The notes below the pieces were generated by a model. It had not been told where the DNA came from, made no database searches, and saw only the letters and a list, made by a program, of their open reading frames with translations. The position numbers and the translations under genes are program-made. A DNA stretch of 16,867 bases, from positions 1 through 16,867 of the forward strand of contig JBDRIG010000042.1 in the NCBI GenBank assembly GCA_043816185.1, read 5' to 3'. Source of the DNA: Elusimicrobiota bacterium (GTDB taxonomy: Bacteria > Elusimicrobiota > UBA8919). Below, piece after piece: positions 16,732-16,867 of this stretch; the first letter of the stretch is position 1, and every line of letters starts with the position of its first letter.

Positions 16732-16867
16732 GATACCGTTGAAAAACCCCTAAAAGTTCTTGGGCATAATTACCGTCGGGATTACCGATGAGAAAATATT
16801 TGACTTTTCACTCCGGAATTGGTATAATTTTACCGATGGCAAATCCAAAATTCCGGAGGCGAAAATG
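16732..16867 (+). mobile_element. Probable left end of an IS or IS-derived element running off the window
   Basis: gataccgttgaaaaacccc resembles IS5/IS1182-type termini, starts where BrnT similarity stops, and is followed by a promoter, RBS and ATG (16865-16867). Confidence 0.5.
16800..16859 (+). promoter_or_regulatory. Sigma70-type promoter and RBS for a gene starting at the window edge
   Basis: TTGACT (16800-16805), 17 bp, TGg-TATAAT (16823-16828), GGAGG (16855-16859), ATG 16865. Confidence 0.7.

Noticed and set aside
1..16867. tRNA, rRNA, prophage, integron or intact transposase genes
   Set aside because: None recognisable within the window.

Overview
AT-rich bacterial chromosomal window with all intact genes on the minus strand. 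Reading right to left: a BrnT/BrnA-type toxin-antitoxin pair whose toxin has lost its N-terminus at a probable IS end; gdhA; a 21-codon amtB remnant absent from the ORF track; type III glutamine synthetase; serA; smc; a tightly packed panD - LarA-family racemase - FAD-linked 2-hydroxyacid dehydrogenase - Fe-S hydro-lyase alpha subunit - membrane methyltransferase cluster; and a CooC-type nickel ATPase. Nearly every larger intergenic gap holds a miniature inverted-repeat element or REP-like palindrome, some nested inside each other, and one has a perfect 9-bp target duplication. The best leads are the nickel-pincer/2-hydroxyacid module, the decaying nitrogen-assimilation locus with attenuator-like leaders, and the modular MITE/REP repeats. 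All protein calls come from recognising motifs by eye; no searches were run.
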